Part shown: positions 11,664-22,143 of the stretch, piece after piece
Layout: each line of letters begins with the position of its first letter
Numbering within the stretch: position 1 is the first letter of the stretch
Source of the DNA: Eukaryota sp. TZLM1-RC
Lineage: Eukaryota > Protista > Metamonada: BaSk clade
Reading direction: 5' to 3'
Assembly (NCBI GenBank): GCA_040285825.1
Contig: JAUPSS010000002.1
Span: 1,550,001-1,614,000 of the forward strand
Length of the DNA: 64,000 bases
Translations under genes and position numbers: made by a program
Notes under the pieces: generated by a model
What the model saw: the letters and a program-made list of their open reading frames with translations, nothing else
Told to the model about the DNA's origin: nothing
Databases searched by the model: none

Positions 11664-13223
11664 ATGGACCTTGCATTGTCTGGAAGAGGACATTCTAGAC
11701 CTTCTCGTACACGTACTCGTGCTTCTGAGCGACAGCCCTCTACTTCAACTCAACGCCGACCTACTAGGCCGCGAACTGCCACAACTAGTACATCCCGTCG
11801 CGAATCCCCGCCTCCTATGGACTACGATCTGTATATTAAAAATGTACAAGACCAGATAAGCTTTCTTGAGCTTGAAAACAATCTTTTACGTGAAAAACTA
11901 GAAGCAGTCACCACAAAATCTTCAGGAGTCAACAGAGGAACCACGACTCACATTGACCAATCTGATGTACAGTCTGAGTACATTGCTGACCTTGAAGAAC
12001 AAGTACGTCGCCTAGAACGAAACCTAACAAGAAAGACCACTGAATCAGAAGAAAAACAAGCTCAACTTCAAGCCCAACTATCCCAAGCCAATGTCGATAT
12101 AGCTGCAGTACAAGAGCAATTGGCCATGGTCGAGGGAGAGTTTTCGTCAATGGAGGATAAGTATGAAAGCTTGTTTGGCGAACTTAGAACTGAAATCACT
12201 GATTATGTATCTCTTTTGTCATCCAAGGACCATGACCTTACCCTACTACAGGAAGAGATCACAGATTTGGAGGCAAGACTTAGTGAATCACTTGAAACAC
12301 AACAGTCTCTTTGCTCAAAAATTAGTCAGGTCTCGGCTGATAAAGATTCTGTTTCAAGGCAGCTGGAGGAGGAAAGACTTCAATCAAATCACCAATCCAA
12401 AATGATTCAGTCACTCACTAGTGAAGTGTCTAATTTAGAAGCTGAAATTAAGCACAAAAATGAAGAATCAATTAACCAGCAATTGAAGGAAAAAGTAGAG
12501 CAAATGACCATTGAACTTTCCAATCACCGGACGGCGAGAATTGAAGCTGATAGTGTTGCAAAGGAGGCTGAAATGAAGAGAGATCAGTACCAGAAGATGG
12601 CAGAAGCTTGTCAGGAGCAAATCAAAAGTCTTGGAAGGTCAAATACTGAGCTTAGTCAGCAAGTTTCTGACCTTAATCAGCAAATTTCTTTGTTGAAGTC
12701 AAAAAATGATGAATTGAAGGTGGAAATTGATGATCTTAATCAAATCAAATCAAAGTTAAAACAGTCAAATTCGACGTTGAACCAGGAAGTTGAAATATTA
12801 AGAGGAAGATTGAATGATTTGGAATCTGAAACGAACAAAATTACCACAGATAAAATGTCATTTGAGTTGGAAATTTCTAGACTTGAAGAGAGGTCGGAGA
12901 AGCAATCAAAGGACAATCAAAAATTGATTGAAAAAATCAAGTCGATTGATTATAATAAGAAAGAGTTGAGAACTGAACTCGCAAAGGTTCAAAAGGAACT
13001 TGAAATGAGTTCTAATACAGTTAAAAACCTCAAGGAGGAAGTCAATCAATCAAAAAGATTGATTGCGAGGTACAAAGGGGAACTTGCTATGGCCAAGAAA
13101 GTCAAGGTTGTTGCTCAGGAGTTAAATGAAATGAAATCTCTTCTTTCTGCTCATCAAACACTCTCTCAGAAAGTTGGTACTTTGATTAATGAGTTGGAGA
13201 CTGTTGAACAATACGATGAGTAG
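11664..13223 (+). CDS. Long coiled-coil protein with R/S/T-rich N-terminus, family not recognised
   Basis: Intact 519-aa ORF rich in E/Q/K/L heptads; start preceded by a variant of the shared leader motif. Confidence 0.75.
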   Translation: MDLALSGRGHSRPSRTRTRASERQPSTSTQRRPTRPRTATTSTSRRESPPPMDYDLYIKNVQDQISFLELENNLLREKLEAVTTKSSGVNRGTTTHIDQSDVQSEYIADLEEQVRRLERNLTRKTTESEEKQAQLQAQLSQANVDIAAVQEQLAMVEGEFSSMEDKYESLFGELRTEITDYVSLLSSKDHDLTLLQEEITDLEARLSESLETQQSLCSKISQVSADKDSVSRQLEEERLQSNHQSKMIQSLTSEVSNLEAEIKHKNEESINQQLKEKVEQMTIELSNHRTARIEADSVAKEAEMKRDQYQKMAEACQEQIKSLGRSNTELSQQVSDLNQQISLLKSKNDELKVEIDDLNQIKSKLKQSNSTLNQEVEILRGRLNDLESETNKITTDKMSFELEISRLEERSEKQSKDNQKLIEKIKSIDYNKKELRTELAKVQKELEMSSNTVKNLKEEVNQSKRLIARYKGELAMAKKVKVVAQELNEMKSLLSAHQTLSQKVGTLINELETVEQYDE

Positions 13224-13563
13224 AAATCTTAATTGTAGTTTGTTTTTGATAATTTAATTGTAATTTATTTTGTAGATTTATTTAAAAATGTATTAATCTT
13301 TTTTATTTTTACTTCTTATAAGCTTTATTCAAGCATGAATTAATCCATAATTTTACGAACGTTCTGAGTAGTTATTTGTTGTTGAGAAAAAATGTTTATT
13401 AGTTTTTCGAACGAATTCAAAATAAACATAAACTTAAAACTTGGAAATTAAAACATCAAAATAATTCAAAATGGTGACCACAATAAGAAAATGTTAAAAA
13501 AGTGAAGAATTAAACACAACGACTAACGAAACTAAGACTAAAAATTAATAAATGACCCTAAAA

Positions 13564-15906
13564 CTAACATGAACCTGAAAATTGCTGAACTAATGACGAG
13601 ACACTACTCTTCAACACGACATCCTCGATTGTTGGTATCTTCAGAGAAATTAATTTAATAATAAAGGGATATGATTTAATTAAAACTTTAAATTCACTTT
13701 GTGACAGAATTGAATAAATAATTAATGGACCAGAAGCAGCAATAAACGATTCAATTAACGAAGGATATTTCAAGAAGAAAGAAACAACATCAAAGTGGGT
13801 TGATTCCAACAAGATATTCCAATTAAAACAAATTGTCCCGCTGATGAAATCTTTGAAGTTAGAAATTGAATCACCATCAAGAACCTTGCACAAGCTTAAA
13901 CAGAAGAAAGTACTTGAAGGCTTTTCCAAAGGACAATACTTTTCTATTAGTGAAGATAAAATATCTTGAATAGGGAAATGGTTCTTAAGCTTAACTAAGA
14001 AACTTACAAATGAATTTCCAACATGAAGAGAGGAGAAATTTACCTTGTCATTAAAAGTTAAGTTTTGGTCTTTTGATTTGGAACTTTTAATTGAATTTGA
14101 TAGATTATCAGTGGAATAAAATTCAAATAAACCGGACAGTGACGAAAAAACCAAACTTACCAGCATTGTCAAATCACTTTGTGAAAGAGACCACATTTCA
14201 GAGAGAATTCTATTTGAAAAAAGATCAAAAGTAAACGTGATCAACGAGAAGTACTTTGACTTTTGACAGAGGTCAAGTTCAGAATGACATATACATTTAA
14301 AAATAGAAGGCAATAACAGATGAAAACAATTGAAATGGAGTGAATTAAAAACAAAATTTAATATTAACTTTTTCAAGCCAATAGAATAAGAATTAAAAGG
14401 ACCAAAAAAGGGCTTTCGTCTCTTTTTCAGATCACCACAAGTAACAACAAAGAGAAACGTGGCTTTTTTGGCAAAAATCAACGAAAGTCTTTCAAATTCC
14501 GACTTATTATCACGTGATAGCTCAAAATAAAAGTTCAATAAGGTCTGGAAAAAACTAATAACCAACAGTTCATTTTGTTTGCCAATCGAACAAATAAACC
14601 TAATAAAATGACACAAACAATGAGAAATAAAATCGAAATCTTTTACTTTAATAAATTCGTTAAAGATATTCAGGTAGCTATTGATGGAATAAGTGAAACT
14701 AGACTTAATCAAACAAAAAGAATCTTTAAGATCAGAAAAAAAGTCTGAATTTTCTGAATTAAAATTAAATACAACTTTGGAAATTAAATCCAGTTCTTTC
14801 AAATCTAAATTAATATTACCAATCAAGCAAGAAATAAAAACCGACTGAATAGAATTAGATAACACATTAAATAATGAATGGCATTTGTTGTTGTTGAAGA
14901 AATGACAAAGAAAATAGAGTAATTTTGAATTAAACAAAAGTAAGAGTTTGGTATTGATTTTTGAATTAGGAGAACTGATTGGGAAGTGGGTTAATAACTG
15001 ATTTTCAACCCTCATCATAACATCATCATCGACATAATCAATCAATTTGATTAAAACAGATTGCGCACTGATTGCACCTTCCAAATCTTCATTAAAACCA
15101 ACATCCCAGGGCATAAACTCAATAATTGCATCCAATAGAATGTTACAGAGTGAATTACTGACCGAGTAATCAAAAAATGATTGATTAATTGACTGATTGG
15201 CACCAATAGGAGCACTTTCTGAATAAAAGGGAGACAAGGAATTAAAATGCCCACTATAACCAGCACATTTTGTCAAAACCATTTCCAATAAAGAACATAA
15301 CAAATCAAAAAGCAGAGTTTTATTCAAATATTTCAAACTTGCCAGATCTTGCTGAGCTCTACTTGTCAACGCAATCACAGGTGACAAGAGAGTGATTGCT
15401 ATGTTTTCAATCACCCCTCCCTTCTCTACAAGTCCATCAAGAAGGGAAAGACAGGAAGCAGCAATAGAAAGATCTGGATGGGTAAGTCCTGCTCTGATAT
15501 GGGCACAAACAACCTCCAGAATTGAGATCGAAAGAGAAAGAGTGTTGGAGAAGTGTAAGATGAAGTGAACTGCGGTGTTGCGGACACGGTGGTCAATATC
15601 AGTAAGGAGAACCGCTACTTTGGGAAGAGCAGAGGGAAGTTCGGGGGCATTGTTGGGGTTGGAGAATGCATCAAAAAGGGATGAGATGGCAGAAAAACGC
15701 GCAGATGCAGCATGATGACGGAGACCGGGATAAAGAGTTGTGATACGAGGTGCATCACAGGCTGCGGAAGAGGTTTGCTTTATGGACAGAGATTTAGATG
15801 ATACTTCGGTGATTGTCTCGTTAGAGGGTCTGTTCTGCTTACCAACCTTGCGCTTAGTCTTCTCAAAGTCACGTTTGATAGTTTTGTTGGGTTTTGATTT
15901 GACCAT
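13564..15906 (-). CDS. TEX10: Pre-rRNA processing protein IPI1/TEX10
   Basis: N-terminus KRDFEKTKRKVGK...SNETITEVSSKSLSIKQ, LRHH..SAR, and AGLTH..IA..SL..LD.L Ipi1_N pattern. Start placed at ATG 15906. Confidence 0.8.
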   Translation of the reverse strand: MVKSKPNKTIKRDFEKTKRKVGKQNRPSNETITEVSSKSLSIKQTSSAACDAPRITTLYPGLRHHAASARFSAISSLFDAFSNPNNAPELPSALPKVAVLLTDIDHRVRNTAVHFILHFSNTLSLSISILEVVCAHIRAGLTHPDLSIAASCLSLLDGLVEKGGVIENIAITLLSPVIALTSRAQQDLASLKYLNKTLLFDLLCSLLEMVLTKCAGYSGHFNSLSPFYSESAPIGANQSINQSFFDYSVSNSLCNILLDAIIEFMPWDVGFNEDLEGAISAQSVLIKLIDYVDDDVMMRVENQLLTHFPISSPNSKINTKLLLLFNSKLLYFLCHFFNNNKCHSLFNVLSNSIQSVFISCLIGNINLDLKELDLISKVVFNFNSENSDFFSDLKDSFCLIKSSFTYSINSYLNIFNEFIKVKDFDFISHCLCHFIRFICSIGKQNELLVISFFQTLLNFYFELSRDNKSEFERLSLIFAKKATFLFVVTCGDLKKRRKPFFGPFNSYSIGLKKLILNFVFNSLHFNCFHLLLPSIFKCICHSELDLCQKSKYFSLITFTFDLFSNRILSEMWSLSQSDLTMLVSLVFSSLSGLFEFYSTDNLSNSIKSSKSKDQNLTFNDKVNFSSLHVGNSFVSFLVKLKNHFPIQDILSSLIEKYCPLEKPSSTFFCLSLCKVLDGDSISNFKDFISGTICFNWNILLESTHFDVVSFFLKYPSLIESFIAASGPLIIYSILSQSEFKVLIKSYPFIIKLISLKIPTIEDVVLKSSVSSLVQQFSGSC

Positions 15907-15932
15907 TGTTACAGATATTGTCTTTAACAATG
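15904..15932 (-). promoter_or_regulatory. 29-nt palindromic leader motif, copy 2 (TEX10)
   Basis: Sense cattgttaaagacaatatctgtaacaATG. Confidence 0.7.
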
Positions 15933-16057
15933 GAAAAAGGGTGTTGTATACCAAGGTAATAGATTCAGACTAATATATGGAAAAAGTGTAATATATGGAA
16001 AAAACCAAAAATGTTACTGATTCACTGTACTGTGAATTTCACTTTCAATTTCATTTT

Positions 16058-18119
16058 TATTACCCTTTCAATATGGTATAAATACTACAGATGGAGTCTC
16101 TTCAGCGATTTTTGCTACTGATGTCTTATTTCGTCAAAATGAATCCAATGTTTGCATGTCATTGGATTTTAGTAATGCTTTCAATTCGCTAAGTCGTCGC
16201 AGTATCCATGGTGCTCTATTGCAATATATGCCAGAATTAATACCATATTTTCAATCAACATATTGCACATATTCTAATTTACATTTTGGTAACAACATTT
16301 TGATTTCATCAAGTGGCGTAAAGCAAGGAGATCCGTTAGGACCTCTTTTGTTTTGTTTGGCCATTCATCCTATTCTACTGCAAATTCAAGAGATGTTTCC
16401 TTCAATAAAAATGATTGCATATATGGATGATGTTGTGCTTATTGGTGAATTAAATATTGTGAAAAAAAGCAACTGTATGTTTTTAAAGAATTATTTACCA
16501 AAATTGGTCTCCGACTTAATTTACTTAAATGTGTTTTGTTATCGAATTCTCCAGTTTCCACAATAATTGATGATATTGAAATTCAAGCCAAATTATATTC
16601 AATTGATGCTATTCGTCATTTGGGTTCGTTTTTAGGAAATAATGATGAAATTACCAAAAAATTGTTTGAAAAGTTGAACTCAATTTCTGACAAAATTGAC
16701 CGAATGATGAATTTAGATATAAAAAAACACATCAAATTTACCATTATAAGACTGTGTTTTAGTTCCAATTTTAATCATATATTTCGATCTACAAATCCTC
16801 TCGTCACTAGACCTTTGGCTCAAAAGTTTAATGAGTTACGTGCAAAAGTTCTGTCTCAATTACTGGGATGTAAAATGTTTCAAATTCCAGATCATGCTTA
16901 CCTTAGTCCACAATATGGTGGTTTAGGGTGGACGAAGGCTTCTATTCTTACCTCGTGTGCTTTTTGTTGGTGGATGCAGAAATGCAATCTTTGAGTTCTC
17001 CGAAAGATTTGCAGATTGGGAAGATTTATTGATGACAACGCAAAGTTCCACTGTTTTTGCATTAAATGAAGAAATTTCAAGAATTGATGTAGAAAAATGG
17101 GGTCGATGTTTTCCCCAATCATTCAATGGCAATATTCCAGAAAAAATGTTTTAAATTTGAAGTACACTCTTCGAACATTACAGAAAAGATTGACTGGAAT
17201 GTATGAAAAGATCTTTATAATAATATTTGCAGCTCGGCTGTTTTTAAATCAAGATCTTCACTCATTGTTATTGGAAAAGGGTGTTTGTGAAAACAAGGTG
17301 TCAGATTCTTCACTTTTTGTAACCATTGTACCACGAAGATTTGGATTGTGTGCTACTAATGAAGCATTTGTAACAAAAATGAGATTATATTTGAACATCC
17401 CCATTAACCAATTATTATCAAAAGAAAAATGTATTTGTTCGAATTCACCTCAACTCACTTTGCGCCATGCTCTAAATTGCTCTAAATTGATAACTTATCG
17501 TTCTTCATTACATGATGCTGTTAGAGACACTGTTTTCAATATGGCACAAACTGCAAGGATATCGTGTATCAAAGAGCCCCTGCTGAAAGAAACACTTTCT
17601 CTGAATAATTTTGGTTCTGATGATAGAGGTGATGTATACTGTGATTGGATTGATAATTCTGAAGCTATTGTTGACTTTGTCTCATGTAATGTTGCAAACG
17701 ATACTTTGGTTCACAGAAGAAAACTTAATCCTGTGGCTGCTCTGGATTTTAAAGCAAAAGAAAAACATAGAAAATATGATAAAGAAATTGAAGATGCAAA
17801 TATCGATAGAAATACACAGCTGGTTTTTATTGCTTTTCCATTTTCGATAAATGGAAGATTATCAGTTGAAGCAGAAACTTTTTTGGATGACTTCCAAAAA
17901 ATGGTGAAAGAAAAAACAATGAAAAGATTTGATATTTTTTTATGGCGTTCACGGATTCAATTTGCCATTGTTAATAGATTACCGCGGTTTTTCAATCGAA
18001 TTAGAGAAGCTTTAGCTAGACAGCAAGCAAATCAAGATTTTGTAGAGGAAATCTTGGTTTAATGATAGTCGTCCCATTAGTTATGATTTAATTTAATCAA
18101 GTGTGCAAATTCAATAAAT
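16058..18119 (+). mobile_element. RLE non-LTR retrotransposon, subfamily A, 5'-truncated, frameshifted
   Basis: RT motifs LDFSNAFN, GVKQGDPLGP, YMDD; YGGLG; zinc finger; RGD endonuclease; tail aagtgtgcaaattcaataaat. TSD tgaatttcactt at 16033-16044 and 18128-18139. Confidence 0.93.
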
Positions 18120-18219
18120 TATATTTTTGAATTTCACTTATCATGCATTCCCCTGTGAAATTCACTCCTGTTTTCAACTTTCTCAATGTCTACTCACAGG
18201 CTGTAAGAGACATGTAGTG

Positions 18220-18397
18220 TCATTTGACAAAGACAATCATGATCTTCATCAATGGGCTACCTCACTTAAATACACCTACTGCTTTCACAGAACAAAGCCT
18301 CGCGACTTGATGTATCTAAGTGGATCTACCAAATGCTACTAGGGCATTTGTAGATCGGTCTCAAAAGATTTTGTTTCTGTATGCTCAGGTTCCCCAT
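18220..18397 (-). ncRNA. Candidate Fanzor omegaRNA scaffold region
   Basis: Lies directly downstream of the Fanzor stop and contains a 13-bp stem with one bulge (18323-18356). Boundaries are inferred. Confidence 0.4.
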
Positions 18398-20353
18398 TCA
18401 TCTTCTCAACAGAGCATCTGGGCAATTGTATCTTTCCGGCCACAACTCCGCTTTCTTCTTAATTTGAATATTTTTTGCAGCGGAAATATCTCTGTCATAT
18501 ACTATTTGACACTCAGTACAAATACGCATCTGCCATGAGCCTGCTTGAATATTCTCGGCCATGCAACAACTGGACAATTTGCTTGTATTGAATTCACTGG
18601 TTGACAAGTGCTTCACGTCCTTTTGATAACACAACCATTTTCTAAAAGCCCTTGCTGATCCATATCGATTGACTTTTCGGCAATGAGAAGGGAAATTAGC
18701 AGAACCCACAGCAAGATAGAGTTTTTCAGGATGTCCAGCCAGCCTTTGAAATTTGTTGAGACTCTCTCTGAACCGTCTCTCTTTTCGTCTGCGGTTATCA
18801 AATTTAATTATTTTCCATTTCTGACGATTACTTTCCAAATACACTTTCCTCCTGACCAAAGTCCAATGGTTCAAATATTGGTTGAAATTTTGAACGGAAT
18901 ATTGGTTGGGAGAGTGTTTACTGGGTGAAGGTTTTGTCATGTATCTTCTGCCAGTTGGACAAGGGATAACTCCACATTGATTATCATTTAAGAAGTAACC
19001 ACATAATCTTGATTGGCCAAGATCAACGCCGATAAGGGGGCTTTCAGGTAAAATTTCGACTGGATGTCTACGTCTTTGACGGGGCATTTTTTTAGTACCC
19101 TTCAACTGTGTTTCTCTGGTTTTGTTGGCATTAGGGTCACTTTTCATTTCATTTTTTGATCTTCTTTTCTTTTTCGGTGGTTCATCCAGCTCATCTGTGT
19201 TTTCTGAGTCATTATTTTTACCTTCAAAGGTCAAAAGCAGTTCATTACCATTAGTTTTCAATAAAATTTTGTTAAATCTATTTTTCAAACTTTTTCTGTT
19301 GATATTGAATTTTTGGTAAGGACATTGTTTGAATATTCGTTTCAGACATGTATTTTTGATAAACTTTGTTTTGGAAGGTGATCCTTCAATAATTGGAAAT
19401 TTTTTCACAGAGTGGAAAATTTGTGAAGGTACCTCAATAAATTTATAACCTTTATGAGAAGCTAAAGGTATTATTCTAAATTTCTTCCAGCAATGCATAA
19501 GAGAAAAGAAAGTGAGTAAGTATTGTGAAATTTTAAGATTAAAGAGAAAAAGCTCACCAATTTCCTTTGATGAAAAAGTGATTTTATCGTGTGAGGACAG
19601 CAGGGAGGCAGTGGTAGGAAATCTTTGAAAGAGATTCAAGATAAACTTACATGCATTCAATAAAAAAAATCTTTCTCTTGAATTATTCAAATTGAAATTG
19701 ATGAGGTATTCAAGAACAGAATCAACTACTACTTCCTCGGGTTGGGCTAGTGGTTCATCTGGCAAAAGTGAAAGAATATTATTTGCAAAGACATTTGTTT
19801 TATCCAGGGCTCTACAATGAGCACGAATAAAGTTTTTTGTCCAGGATTGACAAATTTTAGGTAAACTTGTCTTAACGTTGGAGGCCAATTGACGAGCCCG
19901 ACAAGCAAGGTAAGGAGAAAGCCCTTTTCTATTGATAAAATTACAGTTCTGGGACTGCAGCCAATCATTGAGGAAAAGATTGAATGAATTTCTGTAAGGC
20001 ACTAAAGAATTTTCCCACACAGAAACAAGGGACCTGTCTTGTGGGCATTCAGGAAGAAATCCATTGTAAAAGATATGGAGTAATTGGCGTTGGCCTTTAG
20101 ATGTGGAAGGCTTAGGAAAAGAACCAGTGGTGATGACGGTCATAAACAGATACCATACATCCTGTTCCACTAAAGCTCTAGATGCCAACGGAAAATTTAG
20201 AAGAAAAGATTGAAGTAATATAGAAGCTTCATGACAAATCTCGGTGACCACAGGAAGGTCAGTCCGAATTTGTTGCACCGCTGCAGGGGTCAGCAGCGAG
20301 TTAAGTGCACAAGACCGAGTGAATACACGTGACACAGAGTGGGTGTCTGACAT
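18398..20353 (-). CDS. Fanzor1 RNA-guided endonuclease (TnpB/Cas12-like), apparently intact
   Basis: 651-aa uninterrupted ORF with RuvC-I LIGVDLG, RuvC-II SEFNTSK, CC...CTEC zinc finger, RuvC-III YDRDISAAKNI, and WED-type FRIIPL and KTNG motifs. Confidence 0.9.
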   Translation of the reverse strand: MSDTHSVSRVFTRSCALNSLLTPAAVQQIRTDLPVVTEICHEASILLQSFLLNFPLASRALVEQDVWYLFMTVITTGSFPKPSTSKGQRQLLHIFYNGFLPECPQDRSLVSVWENSLVPYRNSFNLFLNDWLQSQNCNFINRKGLSPYLACRARQLASNVKTSLPKICQSWTKNFIRAHCRALDKTNVFANNILSLLPDEPLAQPEEVVVDSVLEYLINFNLNNSRERFFLLNACKFILNLFQRFPTTASLLSSHDKITFSSKEIGELFLFNLKISQYLLTFFSLMHCWKKFRIIPLASHKGYKFIEVPSQIFHSVKKFPIIEGSPSKTKFIKNTCLKRIFKQCPYQKFNINRKSLKNRFNKILLKTNGNELLLTFEGKNNDSENTDELDEPPKKKRRSKNEMKSDPNANKTRETQLKGTKKMPRQRRRHPVEILPESPLIGVDLGQSRLCGYFLNDNQCGVIPCPTGRRYMTKPSPSKHSPNQYSVQNFNQYLNHWTLVRRKVYLESNRQKWKIIKFDNRRRKERRFRESLNKFQRLAGHPEKLYLAVGSANFPSHCRKVNRYGSARAFRKWLCYQKDVKHLSTSEFNTSKLSSCCMAENIQAGSWQMRICTECQIVYDRDISAAKNIQIKKKAELWPERYNCPDALLRR

Positions 20354-20689
20354 GTAGTGAGAATAAAGAGCTCATCTATCAAATTTTACACTTGTCACCC
20401 CATTTTCGACTTCTGGTTGCCTGTTCTGGGAGAATTTTAACCCTCAACTTGGTTTTGGGAGGTTTTCACTATTCCCACACTTTCCCCTCACTTCATAAAC
20501 TAGGTGTATTCTTCCTCCCTCTTCACGATTTTCTTGCCTTATCTAAAGGAAACTCAGTTCACTGGTCTCGCACAAAACGAATCAACCTTATTGGCTCTGT
20601 TGCACCTTCTGTTTCTTTATTCTCATCTCCAACACCTGGTGTTCTCTCCCGATATTTTCCTCCTCATGCTACTGGTAGAAAGAATTTCC

Positions 20690-20802
20690 AGTTACCCTTC
20701 TTCTCTAACATTGTTTCTTGTAGTGTAGGTGTTCATCATACATTGACACTCACTGCTTGTGGTAATTGCTATGGATTTGGTCTGAACAAATCTATCAATT
20801 AG
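20690..20802 (+). pseudogene. RCC1-repeat-like gene fragment
   Basis: IVSCSVGVHHTLTLTACGNCYGFGLN matches the RCC1 repeat pattern and then stops; no convincing start. Confidence 0.45.
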
Positions 20803-21384
20803 GCAACAACTACCCCCAAAGCAGCACTTTCAAACCGTTTTCCTAAGATTTTTTAGAAATTCAATCAATTTATCTATCCTAAATGAACCCTGGAGAAAAC
20901 CAAAAGTCGAAATGCTATACGACACGTGTGGATAAGATTTGTCAAGTGGCATAAAGGTAGTTAGTGTTCATCATCTACTGAGATTTCATGTTATTATTGA
21001 TTAGCTACTTGCTTCAGTTGTGATGTATCCGGGACAATTCCACAGAAATGATACTATCAATAATGATTGAAGTTTGTTAATAATAATTGAGTTCTGCGAA
21101 ACAGTGAAAAGATTTCTGTATGTATGTTATCATGAAGCTTCAGTTGTTTTGATGAACACACAACCATCCTTTTATGAACAGCAATTATAAATCCTCTATT
21201 AATGAGAAAAACATTAAAACAGCCAACAAAAGATTCACATATTTACACTGTTGTGACAGCATGTCAATGCTAAAACATTAAAATCAAATAATTAAGCCAT
21301 ATTTATTTCTATGCAATACAAATCCAACTATCCTTGTTGTTGAGCTTTCATTGACAAGCTTCTTCCTAAAGTTAATAGAATGAT

Positions 21385-21517
21385 CATATGGTAACAAACC
21401 AGCAGCTATAATTTCATCACACAACAATAATTGAGAAGAAATAACAACCTCTTCGGCTTCTTCTTGCAAGTTGATAATAGTCTCTTCAGCATCAAGACCA
21501 GAGTTTTGAGCAAGTGT
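21385..21517 (-). pseudogene. Chaperonin CCT-zeta (CCT6-like) C-terminal fragment with internal deletion
   Basis: TLAQNSGLDAEETII...VISSQLLLCDEIIAAG joins two CCT6 C-terminal motifs without the intervening segment. Confidence 0.65.
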
Positions 21518-21546
21518 TTATCTCAATAGGTCAGAAACACAAAAAA

Positions 21547-21586
21547 GGGATAAGGGAGGGATTAGGGAGGGAAGGGAAAAAAAGGG
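21547..21586 (+). repeat. GGG-tract cluster (G-quadruplex or telomere-like)
   Basis: gggataagggagggattagggagggaagggaaaaaaaggg, seven GGG runs. Confidence 0.7.
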
Positions 21587-22143
21587 ATTTGTATTCAACC
21601 TAAAATTCAACCACTGTAATATGATAAATCGATGGTCTGATCATCGATCCTGTCGAGATAATAGTAGGAGAAGTATGTGTATTGAACAAAGAAATTTTAG
21701 ATGATTCATTCTACTCAGTACTAAATATCGAGGATTTTTGGGATTGGTTAAAAATTCCGAACACTTATTTAAGAAAGTATAAAGATTCAATCTTGAGAAT
21801 CATTGAGATTTGTTGCATTAATGTATGTGATTCTTACAACAAAATTGACTCGGCAGCTTTAAACAGTTCAACAGGTGAAGAAATGTCTTCACCTGAAGCT
21901 GTTGCAAAATCTCTTGATATCCATAGACAAAATGCTGTCCCAGCATTAGCAAAAGCTGCAAAGAAGGCCAAAACGAACGCTGTTTCTGATTCATTAAAAT
22001 CAGATTATCTACATCTGTTCAATCCCAAACAGCTCTCACCTGCTGTTAATGCACTATTTCCCTTACTGCACAACAATTCTTTATTCTGTCAGCAGGAAGC
22101 TACTTCAGGTAATATTGATCAGTATAGAAGGAATTTATTTTTA

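Noticed and set aside
15971-16003. taatatatggaaaaa direct repeat in the TEX10 upstream region
   Set aside because: A simple local duplication that is not seen at other genes.
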